A stretch of 62,720 nucleotides of DNA, counting the filler, from Asterionella formosa (Eukaryota): NCBI GenBank assembly GCA_002256025.1. It is 17 parts of 17 records of this genome, joined end to end, with 100 filler letters (N's around TTAATTAATTAA, not from the genome) between each part and the next. Parts side by side here need not be neighbours in the genome. Positions count along the whole stretch, not along the records: positions 22,202 to 52,657 come from NKIB01000863.1; 16 more parts are not named here. The stretch is one strand, 5' to 3'. Both the position numbers and the translations under genes were made by a program. The notes below the pieces were generated by a model. The model searched no databases and was not told the origin of the DNA. It was given only the letters and a program-made list of their open reading frames with translations. How positions within the stretch are numbered: the first letter of the stretch is position 1; each line of letters opens with the position of its first letter. Shown piece after piece: positions 36,661 to 49,554 of the stretch.

Positions 36661-36807
36661 TACAACCCGTATTCTATTAAAACTCTTAGGAACGATTTCA
36701 ATCGTTTTCAGTCATATGGTTAATCATATCTACAGCCTTTTTGGTCCCTGACGTGTCCTAACAGGATACAAGAAAGCAGTAGAGGGCTTTGGGAAGCAAT
36801 TTCAACA
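36661..36807 (+). repeat. 3' half of a family 3 LTR in plus orientation
   Basis: Matches 31080-31224 and ends TTTCAACA. Confidence 0.8.
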
Positions 36808-37814
36808 ACTATGCATGTGTCAGTTGAAAACGAATCAGCTGATCGCGGATTATTTCTTGTTGCCAGCAACATCCGCTAACTCTCCTTCCTTGTCCTTGAA
36901 TCTCTGACAGACTTCTGTGTTTTAGATGTCGTGGGGAGAGTAATGTAGACGTGTGATATTCGAGATGTGGAAGGGCAAAATTTAACTGAGAACATCTGTG
37001 GACTGGAGGCAGCCATGCAACAGTGTAACTGGCGATACCCAGGCAGGTGGCCAGCAACCAAGGAACTTTCCGGGGCCTCATCTTTTTCATTGTAGAATTG
37101 AAATCGAACAAATGTTATGGAATCTTCGCCTTGATGATCATACAGGACGACGCAGTAGATTCAACAATCATGACAAGAATTAACTGAACAAACGAACTGG
37201 AATTCTGAAGAGCAATGCTTCGATGGCATGCTCTATGTATGTAGAAGCATTCCATGGGGAATATCTTAGTTGGGTTAGCTCACCTTCCGAGGTAGCGGTT
37301 TAGATTTCCGCCTTCTCCACCTGCTTTGTTTATGTACTAGACCTTTGGGTTTTGGGTGGTGAGGATGACAACAAGCAGGTCTAAGGTCCTCTTGGGGGGG
37401 GGGGGGCAAGTGCGACTTCACAACCTCCACAATTGTCGAGTTCTTTGATATTAGTGTACCATAAAATTTAACTTAATAATTTTATGTAGAAGAATTCCAA
37501 TAAAGTAGCGCAACTACTGGTACCTCTAATTGACTAGCACTTGTTGTTAGTAAAACTCTTTCCATTTAAGCTGCAATTTCCCATCATCTGTTTCAACCAA
37601 ACTGGTGGAGGCAATATACAGGTAGTCATCTGCACAAGGGGGGTCTGAAAAAATCGGTTACTAATTAAATCAAAACTTTGTTTACTATATAAAGTAAAAG
37701 ATCAAGAGGCTAAATTAATATTTTCAGAATCAAATTTTACTACACATTTCAAGTAGGTGACATACTAGAGCAATGTTCGAGTTTGCACATGGGAAGTGCT
37801 CCATGGTGTCTCCA

Positions 37815-38035
37815 CTTTCTCGCCAGATCCTGTATCCTGACAATATGTAGCGTTGACCTATACCCCTACTTTGTCCGAAGACTGTATCTAAGCATATGGA
37901 AAGGGTGTATTTGGTGAAAGCTCCGTTTAGTGACATACATTTACAATTTACTCGTAAGAAGTGTGTGTTTGACGACTCTGACTTAATATTATTTTTTAAC
38001 CCTACCTCTTGTCTAGGGTTGAAATGCAGGAACCT
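37815..38035 (+). mobile_element. Family B right end with TIR
   Basis: Matches 59297-59519; ends TAGGGTTGAAATGCAGGAACCT. Confidence 0.8.
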
Positions 38036-38829
38036 TACAACCGGTAGTTATGCTGAATCTGCTGTGGTACCTGGTACCTGGTACCAGTACGCACAGATAC
38101 ACATTTCGGAGTAATAAAAAAATGTGGTGGGTGAGCGAGATAGAAAAAATTGGGCTGAGCAAGATTTTTAAAATTTTTGTGACTCTGTGAAGACCTGCCC
38201 TATTAATGTTAAATAATATAATAAAAGAATCGCTAAACTATTTAATTACCTGAAAATGTGCTTTAAGTGTCAAAACTGCACTGCCGGCTCAATAGGGTTA
38301 AACCTTTTTTAACCCTACCTCTGGCGACAGCGACCTCCTTTTGACCTATTTGTCTGAAGAACGGGCACGAAAGTCTAACCTACACAAGTGTGAAGATTTC
38401 CCCTCTATACTACCTGCCAAGGAACATCTTTTTCTGAAAGAGAATATACAGGTACGCATCTCTAAAATTCGTCCCAAAACGTTGATCGCCGGTACCCTGT
38501 TTAACGATGACTCTGCCTCAGTAGAAACGATGTCTCCCAGCCAGTTGTTAGGTGACCAGGTCCGTACTCGGGACCTGGAACCAGGTACCACCGGTTTAAC
38601 ATTACCAGCATTCTTTATTCCTGCTGCGCATCGAATGACTATACTTCTTCTATTTGTACGTATGTATGATATTTAGATATTTAGTAGAAAAGGACACTAC
38701 GACTACCAACTGCCAAACACAAAAAATCCGTCAATTGTCTTAATCGTCAGTGTTAGTCATCAACTGGAATTTGGTCAACCACAAACTACTACCGGTAATA
38801 CAGCTCCATTATTCTCCCCCTCCAAAAAA

Positions 38830-40284
38830 ATGTCAGCTGACATGGAAATAGACGAAGAGGAGGTGACGCCGGAGCCACCCCAAGCAGCACCGCAAATGCA
38901 GCGCAGAGGCTCCATGTCGCAGGACGAAGAGCGTCAGCGCCGTGCAAGCATCAAGGCGATTCTTGCTGACAGCAGCATCCCTGACGTAGAGCGAAGGCGT
39001 TCCATTCAGTTCTTGATGGATGGACGTCGTGTTTCCATGGAACACAATCGCGCTCGCACGCCTTCTCCTCAGATGCATGAAGAAGAATACAACGGTCATG
39101 GCAGCATGAGTGAAGGTGTTGGGGCATTTCCCGTGCCGTCGGCCGACTTGTTCAATGAATCGTCCTTTTGCGATTACATCTCGAATCCGTTGGCCAACGA
39201 GCAAACAAAACGTGCAGAGCTCACCCGCCCAGTTTGCACTCACTACGATCGCAAGTGTACCGTGGTTTCTCCATGCTGTGGTGCTGCGTTCGGATGTCGC
39301 ATCTGTCATGATGACTGCCCTGTTTTGCCTCCCAAGACTTCGGTTCAGCAAGCTCGTCGACGTTATCCTCGTTCCTCGTCCTTGCCGTCTTCCTTCACTA
39401 GCATGAATACGATGCCTGAGGATACGCATCATGCCATTGATCGATTTGCGATCCAGGAAGTCATTTGTCGGGAATGTTTTACTCGTCAGTCTTCCAAGAC
39501 GTGAGTATACTGCTGGTTTTACTCGGCGCCGGTCATTGTGGTTACCACGTCCTGGTACTGTTCTAACTTTGCTTTTTATTCTCTTCATACATTCAGAAAC
39601 CACTGTATCAACTGCAACGTTAAATTTGGAGCATACCATTGCATAATCTGCAATCTCTGGATGTCGGACGAAGAACGTCCTTATCATTGTGCAGAGTGCG
39701 GGTTTTGTCGTGTGGGTGGGGCTGAAAACTTCAAGCACTGCCATGATTGCGGAATGTGTATTGATCGAACCCTCTACAATAACCACAATTGCAAGGTGGG
39801 AAAATACAAGTCCAACTGTCCAGTCTGTCAGGAATATTTGTTCTCGTCCAGGTCTGCAAGTCATGAAATGCCCTGTGGACATGCCATTCATTGGGATTGT
39901 TTCCGACAATTGGCTGCCCATGATTCTCGTTGTCCCGTCTGTAAAAAGACGGCGGAAACCACAGAGCGCATGATGCCGACTTGGAATGCCATGGCAGCTG
40001 CTGTTGCCATGCAACCTATTCCACCAGAATTGTGTCGAGTTGTTAACATTCAGTGCAATGATTGTGAACAAAGGGAGGATGGACGATCCTGGCATTTTCT
40101 AGGTGTGCAGTGCCGCAATTGTGCTTCATTCAATACAGTTGTGGACCGTATTGTCTTGTCTGGCGAAGAGGCATATGAATTCTTGGAAGCCATGGCTCAG
40201 AGAACCGACTTTTCTGCACCTTTCGATCCCGAAGCTCCAAGCTCTCGCCCTCGCGTGAGTCGACGTCGTTCTATGCTCAATTAA
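38830..40284 (+). CDS. RCHY1: RING finger and CHY zinc finger E3 ligase (Pirh2-like); join(38830..39500,39597..40284)
   Basis: CTHYDRKC...PCC...CRICHD CHY domain, CTCHY, RING CPVCQEYLF..CGHAIH..C..CPVC, zinc ribbon CNDC...HFLG..C..C.SFNT. The 96-nt GTGAG..CTAAC..CAG intron keeps the frame (KT|NHC). Confidence 0.93.
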
Positions 40285-40417
40285 ATAGGTGCAGTTTGTC
40301 AAGACGAGAGTTAGACGCAAGAATGATTTTTTCCGAACTTATATATGCTCAATTAAATAGGTGCAGTTTGTCAAGACGAGAGTTAGACGCAAGAATGATT
40401 TTTTCCGAACTTATATG
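40272..40417 (+). repeat. Tandem duplication of ~72 bp spanning the RCHY1 stop codon and 3' UTR
   Basis: tatgctcaattaaataggtgcag...ttttccgaacttata occurs twice. Confidence 0.9.
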
Positions 40418-40526
40418 GACAGCAAATTAAGGATTAAACGGATAAATAAAGGTAGTTTAATAAAGCAGAAGTGTTGGCACTGAGCGATTCAAATGTTATC
40501 CGAATTGTTCGCATGAAATAGAGGAT

Positions 40527-43112
40527 CTAAAAATCGTCCCAAATATCTTCAGGTTTTGATTTGTTGAAGAAGGAGCTGATGGTCCCGTTCACTTTCACTT
40601 GTTTCTTGCCTAAATGGGTAACTCTACGAATGTCAAGACCGCAACGGCCACCAAAGCGGAACGAATGCAATTCTGCCTCCTCCGTCGTTTTTGCGTGCTT
40701 CGCTATTTGAAGCTCGAACCCAGCCTGTAACGGACTCGGCTTGGACCGAAAAGGTTTTGAGGATGTTTGTCGGGGTAGCATACTGTGTAGGATCGATCTG
40801 GTTCTTTGTTGGGAGAGTTTGTCCGCTAAGGTTCGATTTGTTTGAAAAGGAGTCGCGTTTTCAGTTGGCCGCATCTCAACCTCTGCAAAGCCATCAGATT
40901 TATCGCCAGGTGTTATTTCTGTTTGGCAGAATGGAAGCCTAGACATGCCGACGCATTCGAGGTCGTCAATCTCTGACAGTACTGAGCATTCACCAGGAGA
41001 ACCACGAGTGCATCGTTTTGCTTGTCTCAAATTATCGAATTCATCGACGTTCACGTTGGGTGTACGATCAGTCGCGGAATTAAATTCATTTATTTCATTA
41101 CGCTGGGGAGAATCGAGAGTGACTCGTCTGCTTGTTCTCCTGAGTTTGTAGTCATCGTTGTCGACCAGGCAAATATCTTTGTGCGCGGTACGGCTTGTTG
41201 TCGGAACGCTTTTTTGAGGGCAGATTGCGAAGTCATCGCCATCACAAGTTTGAAATGCTGCTTGTGCATCGTTTACAAACCTTTCTGTCGGACTTCCTGA
41301 TGGTGCGCAAGAATGAGACCGAAGGGCTGATGACAAGTTCTCGTCGACATCAATTATATTACACTGAGAGTAACTGTCCAAATTTTCAACATGATAGTGG
41401 CAATTATTATCAATGGTTTCTTTTTTTGTATGTTTCGCGAAGATGTCAGATGCCGTGAGGATCTGGGGCCGGAGACTGCACTGTTGTGGTCTCAAAAGCG
41501 CCGCTTTGGCCTTAGCATAATCAATTATTTTGCCTATTGGCTTTGCATCCTTCGAGAACTTTCGCTTCGCATATCGAACATCCCCTTTCTGGTCGTATAT
41601 TTTATACGAATTCTCAGCTTTGGGCGGCTCCTCTGAGAATTTCTTGTGTGAGAAACTCGCAAAAGGATTAGATGGGCCTGACTCAGGTTGACGATTCGTG
41701 TCAATTGGGACCAATGCTTTACGTGAATTGACGTATGGGTTCATAATCTTCACGTTTTGCTTCGCAACTCCTTCGACATATTGGTGGTCAACCAAGTCAG
41801 AGTCAGTTTGTGTTTCATGATTGCGTTTCCTGGTAGATAGCTTTCTAATGAAGATTGATGTCATAGGAGCAGTCGGCTCAGTAGTAGCAACACGAGCAGC
41901 GTCAGGGCTTCGCAAATCATCAGCGTCTCGACCGTCGAGTCGACCGAGAAACCAAAGGTCGTGCCCAAATCTGTCGAGACAAGGATGGAAATCGGAAAAG
42001 TGATTCAATTCTGTCTTGGTGAGTTTTAGAATATTCAAATGGATTATCTTTTTGGTGTCGACCTGTAAGACAGGATGAAAAAAGAATACAGCTTCACTTC
42101 TCGCGAGATTTTGCTCATATGCAATCATGTCAATGTTCCCTTTTTGCTTTGTGCTTAGTCCTAATAGTACGTGATGGAAACGTTCGTCGCATGATTTGTG
42201 CGATTGATCTCGAACAAGTTTGAATGCAGTGACCAACCCAACTCCGCTTAACAGACTAGGTGAGTAGTCACTCCCAGCAAGAACACATGCTTGAACGAAA
42301 ATGCGTACACCCTTGCCAGGATTAGCGCGCTGGCGGCTGCAAAGTGACTTGAGAATGGAATCGAGAGCACTGTCCTTCTGTCTGGAATCCTGAGAATTCT
42401 GTTCTGGATGAGGCTTTGGATTGAGGAGCCAATCCATGGAAATTACGTCACATGCTCCTACGTTTGCACCGCGACGCTCCAGCTTGTACAAAATAGGTAT
42501 TGAAATCTGACATGCAGCGCAATATAGCAACACATCCGAATCCTCTGTCACAATGGCTTGAGCAAATCCATCTACACACAGCTTGACCAGTTGTGAATCA
42601 GCTTCGTATGGTGAATGTATAACTTTAACTCGATTGTCACGCTTAGTTGCAAAATGGGACTGAATTTCCTTGGCAACTGCATCGGCAAACGAAGAATGAA
42701 TTTTGATGCAAGCTTTGTACTTGTCTTGAGACTTTTCTTTTTTACGTTCTATTTTGTAGCGTCGGGCATCCTTCAGATTGTGCTTTCTTCGATCTTCACG
42801 ATCCTCGTTTGTTTGCGCCTTCAGTGGACATCGTTTCCCATCCATGACAAGATAGATGCCCTTAATCTTTGCACCATGATCGAGTAGCTCGGTGCAGCGA
42901 CTGATCATGTATCGGGAAGAAGTTTTCACGCACGAAGGATCGTGTCTAGTTTTCGAGCGCTCTACAGCCTCTACGTACTCCTCTGCTATCGAATAGACCG
43001 ATTTGTGGAACCATGAGGATGCATCAACCGCCAGCACTTGATTTTCAAAGTCGGTAACGTGACACTTCTTGGAGAAGCTTTGTAGTCCTTTCAGCAAGCC
43101 ATTGATGCCCAT
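40527..43112 (-). CDS. EXO1: Exonuclease 1 (XPG/Rad2 family)
   Basis: MGINGLL start, AVDASSWFHK, LVMDG...PLK, SPYEADSQL, TEDSDVL, CVLAGSDY..S..GVGLVTAFK H3TH motif, long disordered C-terminus. Confidence 0.92.
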   Translation of the reverse strand: MGINGLLKGLQSFSKKCHVTDFENQVLAVDASSWFHKSVYSIAEEYVEAVERSKTRHDPSCVKTSSRYMISRCTELLDHGAKIKGIYLVMDGKRCPLKAQTNEDREDRRKHNLKDARRYKIERKKEKSQDKYKACIKIHSSFADAVAKEIQSHFATKRDNRVKVIHSPYEADSQLVKLCVDGFAQAIVTEDSDVLLYCAACQISIPILYKLERRGANVGACDVISMDWLLNPKPHPEQNSQDSRQKDSALDSILKSLCSRQRANPGKGVRIFVQACVLAGSDYSPSLLSGVGLVTAFKLVRDQSHKSCDERFHHVLLGLSTKQKGNIDMIAYEQNLARSEAVFFFHPVLQVDTKKIIHLNILKLTKTELNHFSDFHPCLDRFGHDLWFLGRLDGRDADDLRSPDAARVATTEPTAPMTSIFIRKLSTRKRNHETQTDSDLVDHQYVEGVAKQNVKIMNPYVNSRKALVPIDTNRQPESGPSNPFASFSHKKFSEEPPKAENSYKIYDQKGDVRYAKRKFSKDAKPIGKIIDYAKAKAALLRPQQCSLRPQILTASDIFAKHTKKETIDNNCHYHVENLDSYSQCNIIDVDENLSSALRSHSCAPSGSPTERFVNDAQAAFQTCDGDDFAICPQKSVPTTSRTAHKDICLVDNDDYKLRRTSRRVTLDSPQRNEINEFNSATDRTPNVNVDEFDNLRQAKRCTRGSPGECSVLSEIDDLECVGMSRLPFCQTEITPGDKSDGFAEVEMRPTENATPFQTNRTLADKLSQQRTRSILHSMLPRQTSSKPFRSKPSPLQAGFELQIAKHAKTTEEAELHSFRFGGRCGLDIRRVTHLGKKQVKVNGTISSFFNKSKPEDIWDDF

Positions 43113-45299
43113 CTTGATTTCATCCGGTAGTACGGTAATAGTAGGTATGGAAGCAGCACCGCGGCATGACGAGTTTGGAAGATAGTCCTACCCGGGGAGG
43201 AGTACCGGTACTATGGAAGCAAAGCACCGCGGCATATCGAGTTTGAAATTTGATGTGCAAACTGGCTGCTTATTTATATATATGTACATCTAGATATACC
43301 TATATGAGGACAAAATAATTCGCTAGGAACCATCGACTCTATTGTTTTCTATGCGGATTAATTCGCATAGGCTGTGTGCGCCATCCTCAAAAAGGTTACA
43401 AAGTACAAGTGAAGAATTGGTGAAAGGAGTTAGAATCCTCCAATGACGATGCCTCCCAAGCACCCCACACGGATGGGGCAAACAGGCAAAGCGGCTGGAT
43501 ACTATAGTAGGCTTTCTCATGGCACCTTAAAACAGCAAAAATGCTTGTCTTTTTTTTTTATGTGCGCTGAGCAATGACCCCAACTACATAAAGAAAATAA
43601 GAGCCCCAGCCAATCAAAAGATATGGCATCAGGTCATTCAGCATCATTAAACATACATGAATGCCAAAAACACAATGAAAACATAATGCTTATCTGCCCA
43701 ACAGCTATCAGGTGGTGCGAAGAACAGCATAGCTAACAGCAAATACCACAACAGTGAGGCAAGGTAAACATGGTGGATATATGCTGCTATTTCCATCAGC
43801 ATTGGTGGTGGACATCAATATTCTTGCTTCTTGCTTTGCCCTCACTAATTCTTTTGGCTATTACAACAATTATGAACTAGCTGGTTGCCACTTCCAGATA
43901 AAGTTGCACCACTCAGCATCATGTGGCTGGTTGATTCCCCATTGTTGCTTCTGTCATCTACCTACTACTAGCTAGAATTGTGCATGTTGAAGTGAGAGAG
44001 TAACAATGATGAGGATTTCTGCAGGTACATCACATGAAAGTTCATTGGCAAGTCATTTATGAAACAACCTAACCTAGAACGTCAACTAGTAGCTAGTGGT
44101 GTAAATTAATATAGTACGGCATGCAAGAAAGGCGGAGTATTGCATTAATTACTAGCTTGTACCAAGTGAGCATTCCATAGCTGGCTGGCAGGCAGGCAGG
44201 CAGCAGATATGAGTTTCAATTTTCCAGAAAAAAATTTCGGTAAGTAATAGTAGGTATTCTAAATCTTGTGAAAGTAGACATAAAAACCAGAAAAGAAGAA
44301 TGAAATTGAGTACCTCCTAGCATAGCTAAGTAGTTCATCTGTATTAGTAGCAGGAACATTAAATCCTAGTATCATTTCTCTTGTATTATTCATTTGGTAT
44401 TTAACATGATCAGCTGTTAGCTGTAGGAGCACCTGCTTCCATGCATCTACTACTTTATGTACAGTCCCGCAATAAGGCAACTCTCCACCATTGATCGACA
44501 GGATTCCTTGATGCTCTTGAATAGTAGCTATTTTTCAGATTACTGTGCTTCACTTCCAATTTATGTGGAAAGAGAGAGATAACGAGAGCGTAAATGTTGT
44601 TTAAGTATAACCTTTCTTAGGAAGTGAACTCATTAATATCATCAATGTTATGTGAGCAGAATAAATCATACATGCTATGTAGCTAATTGCTGTCGCTTCG
44701 ATTTCATAATTTTGGAGATTCATCACTTTTAAGTAGAAACCTTCGTAGACGTTGTTCCTACTCTGATAACAACAACGTACAGCTAGTACAGTGCAAAATA
44801 TATTTTCAACGTACATATTTCATCATCACACATCACATGTGTCATTATCTCGTTTGTATTTATTGGCATCGTAGTACAGCATCGCATAGGTTGATTGTAG
44901 GACTTAGGTACTACTAGCCGCTTGGAGGAGGTGAGGTAATTGTACAAGTTTTCCCTGATGTGGCAAACAAACGAAAAAAAATCTAATACTAAGTGATGAG
45001 CAGCAGACCAGATATCACAGCAAATCTTTGTCCATCAGAATCTCACTGGACGCAACGATAAAGATTATATGAGGAATGGGTTGATTGCGAGGAGAAAACT
45101 TGCAAAATGAAAAACCACCTAAAAACTGTAAGCAAACGCCGCTATGACGACTTTTGAAATGTAAGCCACCGCTAAACGGAGTAAACGCACTGTTTGAACT
45201 TAGTTTGCAACATACGTTAATTATTGTAATGGAGGAGTTGTTGAGATTTATATAGCAAGTAAATAATAACGTATTTGTATTGTTGCATTGTGTAAGTTG

Positions 45300-46370
45300 C
45301 TGAAGGCAATACACGCCCGAATGGGTCTCTTGCCTGCGAGTACACATGTATACGAGAAGGCAAGTAGCCGCCGAGAAGGGTATTGTTGAGGCAATTCCCG
45401 CTCTAGCTATCGTCGCGTCATTCGCTTACCTAGACACTACTGCCCACAAATTTAGCATAAATGTCAATTTTAGCCTACTATTGCCCATCATATAAAATAT
45501 ATTTTGCATATTTCCTATCTTCACCTCGAAAATTGCCAAAGGTCCGATATTGCCCATCATAAAAATATATTTTTCGTATTTCATATGTTCGCATTTTGGC
45601 AAGACAACAGACGCCAATTGCCCCTCGGTTTTCCAGCCCTGGGATTGCCGAAATCGGCAAGGGGTCTACTTAAGGAAACCATTTTATATACTAAACAGAT
45701 TTTGATAATTTATATCTAGAATTCACCTCGTTTTCGTTCGTCTCCTGAAAAATGGACTCCGGCAATTCACCTTTCACCATGCCAATCGTCGTCCATCATG
45801 ACCGGTTTGAAGCGAAATCAGTTCCGCGATGACGCCAGTAGCGATTTGTTGTCTAACGGATGCGGTTGATTGTCGGATTGCTTGTCTTCTCGTGGCATTC
45901 ATGTAGTTGCATCGTCCATTTTTCGTCGGACGAACGACGATATCGATACATCTGATGTTGGTGGCAAGTTTTTGCTCCGGTCATGTATGTAATGATGCTT
46001 AACGGATATTCTACCGGTTACCGGCAGTCATCTAGTCTACATACGTACGTGGTACTGAAAACAACCATGCATGGTTTAAGCTATGCTTTAACGCTTACTT
46101 TGAACACGTAATAATATTATCTCTGTAGACTCGGTATTATTTTTACGAGACCTGAAGTGTTGAAATATATCGTTCACATATTCATTGATTTTACGTACTG
46201 TATGCCCGATTTCGTCCTCACAAATATAGTTCTCACTCAATCTTGCCTGCCTTTGCTCTATTCGGGCTTGCAATAGGCAACGTTCGTCTTTCTTTGATCC
46301 CATCGTATGCTGCTTGTTATGCTAGTTGAAGCTGATTGGTGAGTACAACAGTGAAACACAAAATATGAAC
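45300..46370 (+). mobile_element. Repeat family A copy (left part, with TIR at 45391-45424)
   Basis: 45760-46300 is essentially identical to 51230-51775. Confidence 0.88.
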
Positions 46371-47731
46371 CGTAAGTCAACGCTATGCAACAATCTTAAT
46401 GACTTTGAAATCATTTTATCTTCATGGCTTTAAAAACTGAATCCAAAATGATTACTTATTCGTTGAGTAGTGTCCATCGTCTAACATAGACTTAGTACTT
46501 GCATCAGGTTTCGATTGATAAATTACCTACATATTTTCAGTCGAAAGATGGAGTAAAATAACGGTGTCTCACAGTTTTCAGTGGTACCTCAAGGGTTCTT
46601 TGTTGAATTGCTTGCTTGAAGAAGTTTTACCTACTGCACGTAAGAAAAAAGGCTAGAAAACCCGGCTTTTCCAGATCGTTTGACTTCTATACTTGTATCT
46701 GGTATTATGTAGAAGGTTGCATGTGTTACTCTCTTAGTATGTAAAGGGTGTATCCTGGTGCTATACTAGGGGTGTCATTATGTTAAAAAAAACTTCGTAC
46801 TACTTCCCGCTAGTGGGCTGTTTTCTTTACATCGATTCTTACATGGACTACGATTTCATGTTCATCATGAATGAATGCAATGACAACAACAACAAGATCA
46901 CGGATGCATGTGTAGATAAACTTTATTCATATGTATGTTATTTATATAGGTAGCCAGGGTAGCTACAATGGCTACCTAGTAATGTAGTTTCATGATGCAT
47001 CCAGCCATACAGTGAAACCTGCTTATTATTCTATATACCGGTACCAATATGCATGCTGGTTTGAAAAGATTTTTTCTCATCATTGCAGCTAGTAGTGTAC
47101 CGGTACGTGTGTCCATAATAATAATACAGTGTGCATACCGTAATGGCGATCCAAAAACCGGTGTACAGTATGTAGTACTTAGCAAATACCTGAAACCTTA
47201 TTTTTAGTCATGGTGGTTCCGAAAGAAAACCGAGTGTAGTGAGTCACTTAAACGAGGGGATAAATTGACTCTCTGTCGACGTCTATTTGGAAGTGCCTGA
47301 TTCCACGAATATAGTCATGGTAGTTGAAATCATTTGTCACAATTCCTAGAATTTATTACGTTGTTCGGATATCACAATTTCTCCTCTATGAAGGTACCAA
47401 CTTGGGGGCTATACATTTTTATGTTGAGGTATTTTTTCGGAAGAGATCCAAAAAAACCTGGAGGTCGAGATCTGTATTGATTTGATGTATATTTTTCTAC
47501 ATACAATGCTACCCGGTATTTGGACTTGACAATTGTCAAGTATTACTTACAACAACCCTGGTAATAATGACTAAATAAACTACCGTTACTACTGATGGTA
47601 TGGGCACGAAAATCTGATTCCACACGAAACAGCCACGACGAGCGAGTTGATTAGCCATGTGTTCAAGGATGTCACAAAAATCCGCCATCAAGCAAGAAGT
47701 CATTCTACTCTGAGGACGATCATCAAGCACC

Positions 47732-49046
47732 ATGTCAGCTCCCATGTTCACTTCCTCTCACCTCTCTGCCAGCACTGCTGCTGCCGTCGCTCAGCGCGGA
47801 ACACCTGCAACTCTCAATTTGGATGACATTTTCGGTGATGTCTTGTTTACTCCTGAAGGAGACACGATCTTCCTAAGTGACCAGCAGCAAGGCGACGATG
47901 ACGATGCCGTTTTGGCATCTGGTGAAGGTGATCATGTCGCCACTCACGCGTCCCGGGTTACTGATGACGGTAAAGTCATTGCCGTACCTAAGGCTGGAGG
48001 TATTGTGACGACGCAGCTCGATCAAGACGGCAAGCCAGCCTTGGTCATGGGGTCCGCAGATGGGGTTAATGTTGGCCCTTCTGTTCCCTTTCAGGCTCCT
48101 CCTCAGCAGCGTCACCATTTGCAGTACGCTACCCCTCATATGTCTGCTGCCTTGAAGAAGAGAAAGGGATCGTCTAGCAAATCAGAGCGTAAAATGTCAG
48201 AGCAGCAAAAGGTGGAGCGACGGTGAGTTTGATAACGGTTAGGTCAGCTTTTATGACTTTTGGCCTATCAATTGTTTGAGGGCTGATTAAAACTCGGATG
48301 CCCTACTGCATGAACAGTTGTGTGTGCCAGTGTTCGTTCAATGCTCTCTTTCTCTCGTACAAGCAAACTCACCAGTCTCCGATTTGCATATCAACAGTGA
48401 ACGCAATCGGGAACACGCCAAGCGTTCTCGTATCCGCAAGAAGTTCTTGTTGGAGTCTCTCCAGCAGTCGGTATCGCTGCTCAAGGACGAGAACAATAAA
48501 CTCCGCTCGTCGATCCGCTCGCATCTTGGAGCTGCCGAAGCTGACGAACTCCTTGGCAAGCACCTTGACAAGAGTGAAGGTGGACTCATTGCAGACAGTC
48601 AGATGACTGCAAATAAGGTCCTCGACGACCCTGACTTCTCCTTCATCAAGGCCCTCCAGACGGCCCAGCAAAACTTTGTCGTTACTGACCCATCGCTCCC
48701 TGATAACCCGATTGTTTACGCCACTCAAGGTTTTCTTAACCTTACTGGGTACAGCTTGGATCAAGTCTTGGGCCGTAACTGTCGTTTCTTGCAGGGTCCT
48801 GAAACAGACCCTAAGGCTGTCGAAAAAATTCGCCGTTCGATCGAGGAAGGAAGCGACATGTCCGTCTGCCTTCTCAATTACCGTGTTGACGGATCGACCT
48901 TCTGGAATCAGTTTTTTATTGCTGCATTGCGAGATGCTGCAGGTAGCATTACCAACTATGTTGGTGTCCAGTGTAAAGTCAGTGATCAGTATGCTGCAAA
49001 TGTTTGCAAGCAGCAAGAGGAGGATGACGCCGAAGGCGAGGATTAA
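47732..49046 (+). CDS. AUREO1a: Aureochrome 1a blue-light transcription factor (bZIP + LOV); join(47732..48222,48398..49046)
   Basis: bZIP ERRERNREHAKRSRIRKKFLLESLQ is restored across a 175-nt GTGAG..CAG intron. LOV motif GRNCRFLQG. DFSFIKALQTAQQNFVVTDPSLPDNPIVYA matches diatom AUREO1a as I recall it. Confidence 0.95.
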
Positions 49047-49554
49047 GGCAGACATTTTCGTTGTTCATTGTATTTTATGTGAGGACTTTGGCTCGTTGGG
49101 AAGGTTCAGGGGCTTTAGTTCCCATGATACTGAGAGGAAATGAACGTGAGAGAAGGCAGATAATTATTTCGATTTCCGCTTCGTATTCCTGTAGTCTAGT
49201 AGTTGGATAGAAATTAAAAAACAACAATATTTAGCATGAAGTCATGGAGCCTACCCAATTGGACATAGCACGCATTCATGCTGGAACACATGCAAGAATT
49301 ACACAGCATGGTACTGCCCATATGCATTCAGTGTATTTGAATGTTGATGGACTACATGTCCTCTGATGGTTTCACATTTATTTCGTTTCTTTGGCTATCA
49401 ATTGAGAACTTCTTCCAAGCAACATTGACTTTCCATCACATAATGAAAGACCAAAATAATACAGAAAAGATGAAAAAGCTGAACCTAGTTGAGATCAGCA
49501 TTTTATGTAGCATAGATGATAAGGTTGCTCCAACTATGCACATAGCTGTAGTAG

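Noticed and set aside
38833..40095. 420-aa minus-strand ORF (and 48369-49055)
   Set aside because: Antisense shadows of RCHY1 and aureochrome.
46088..46303. 71-aa ORF repeated at 51558-51773, and other short ORFs in family A
   Set aside because: Recurrence simply reflects the repeat; the frame is disrupted in the 1228-1430 copy and has no recognisable motif.
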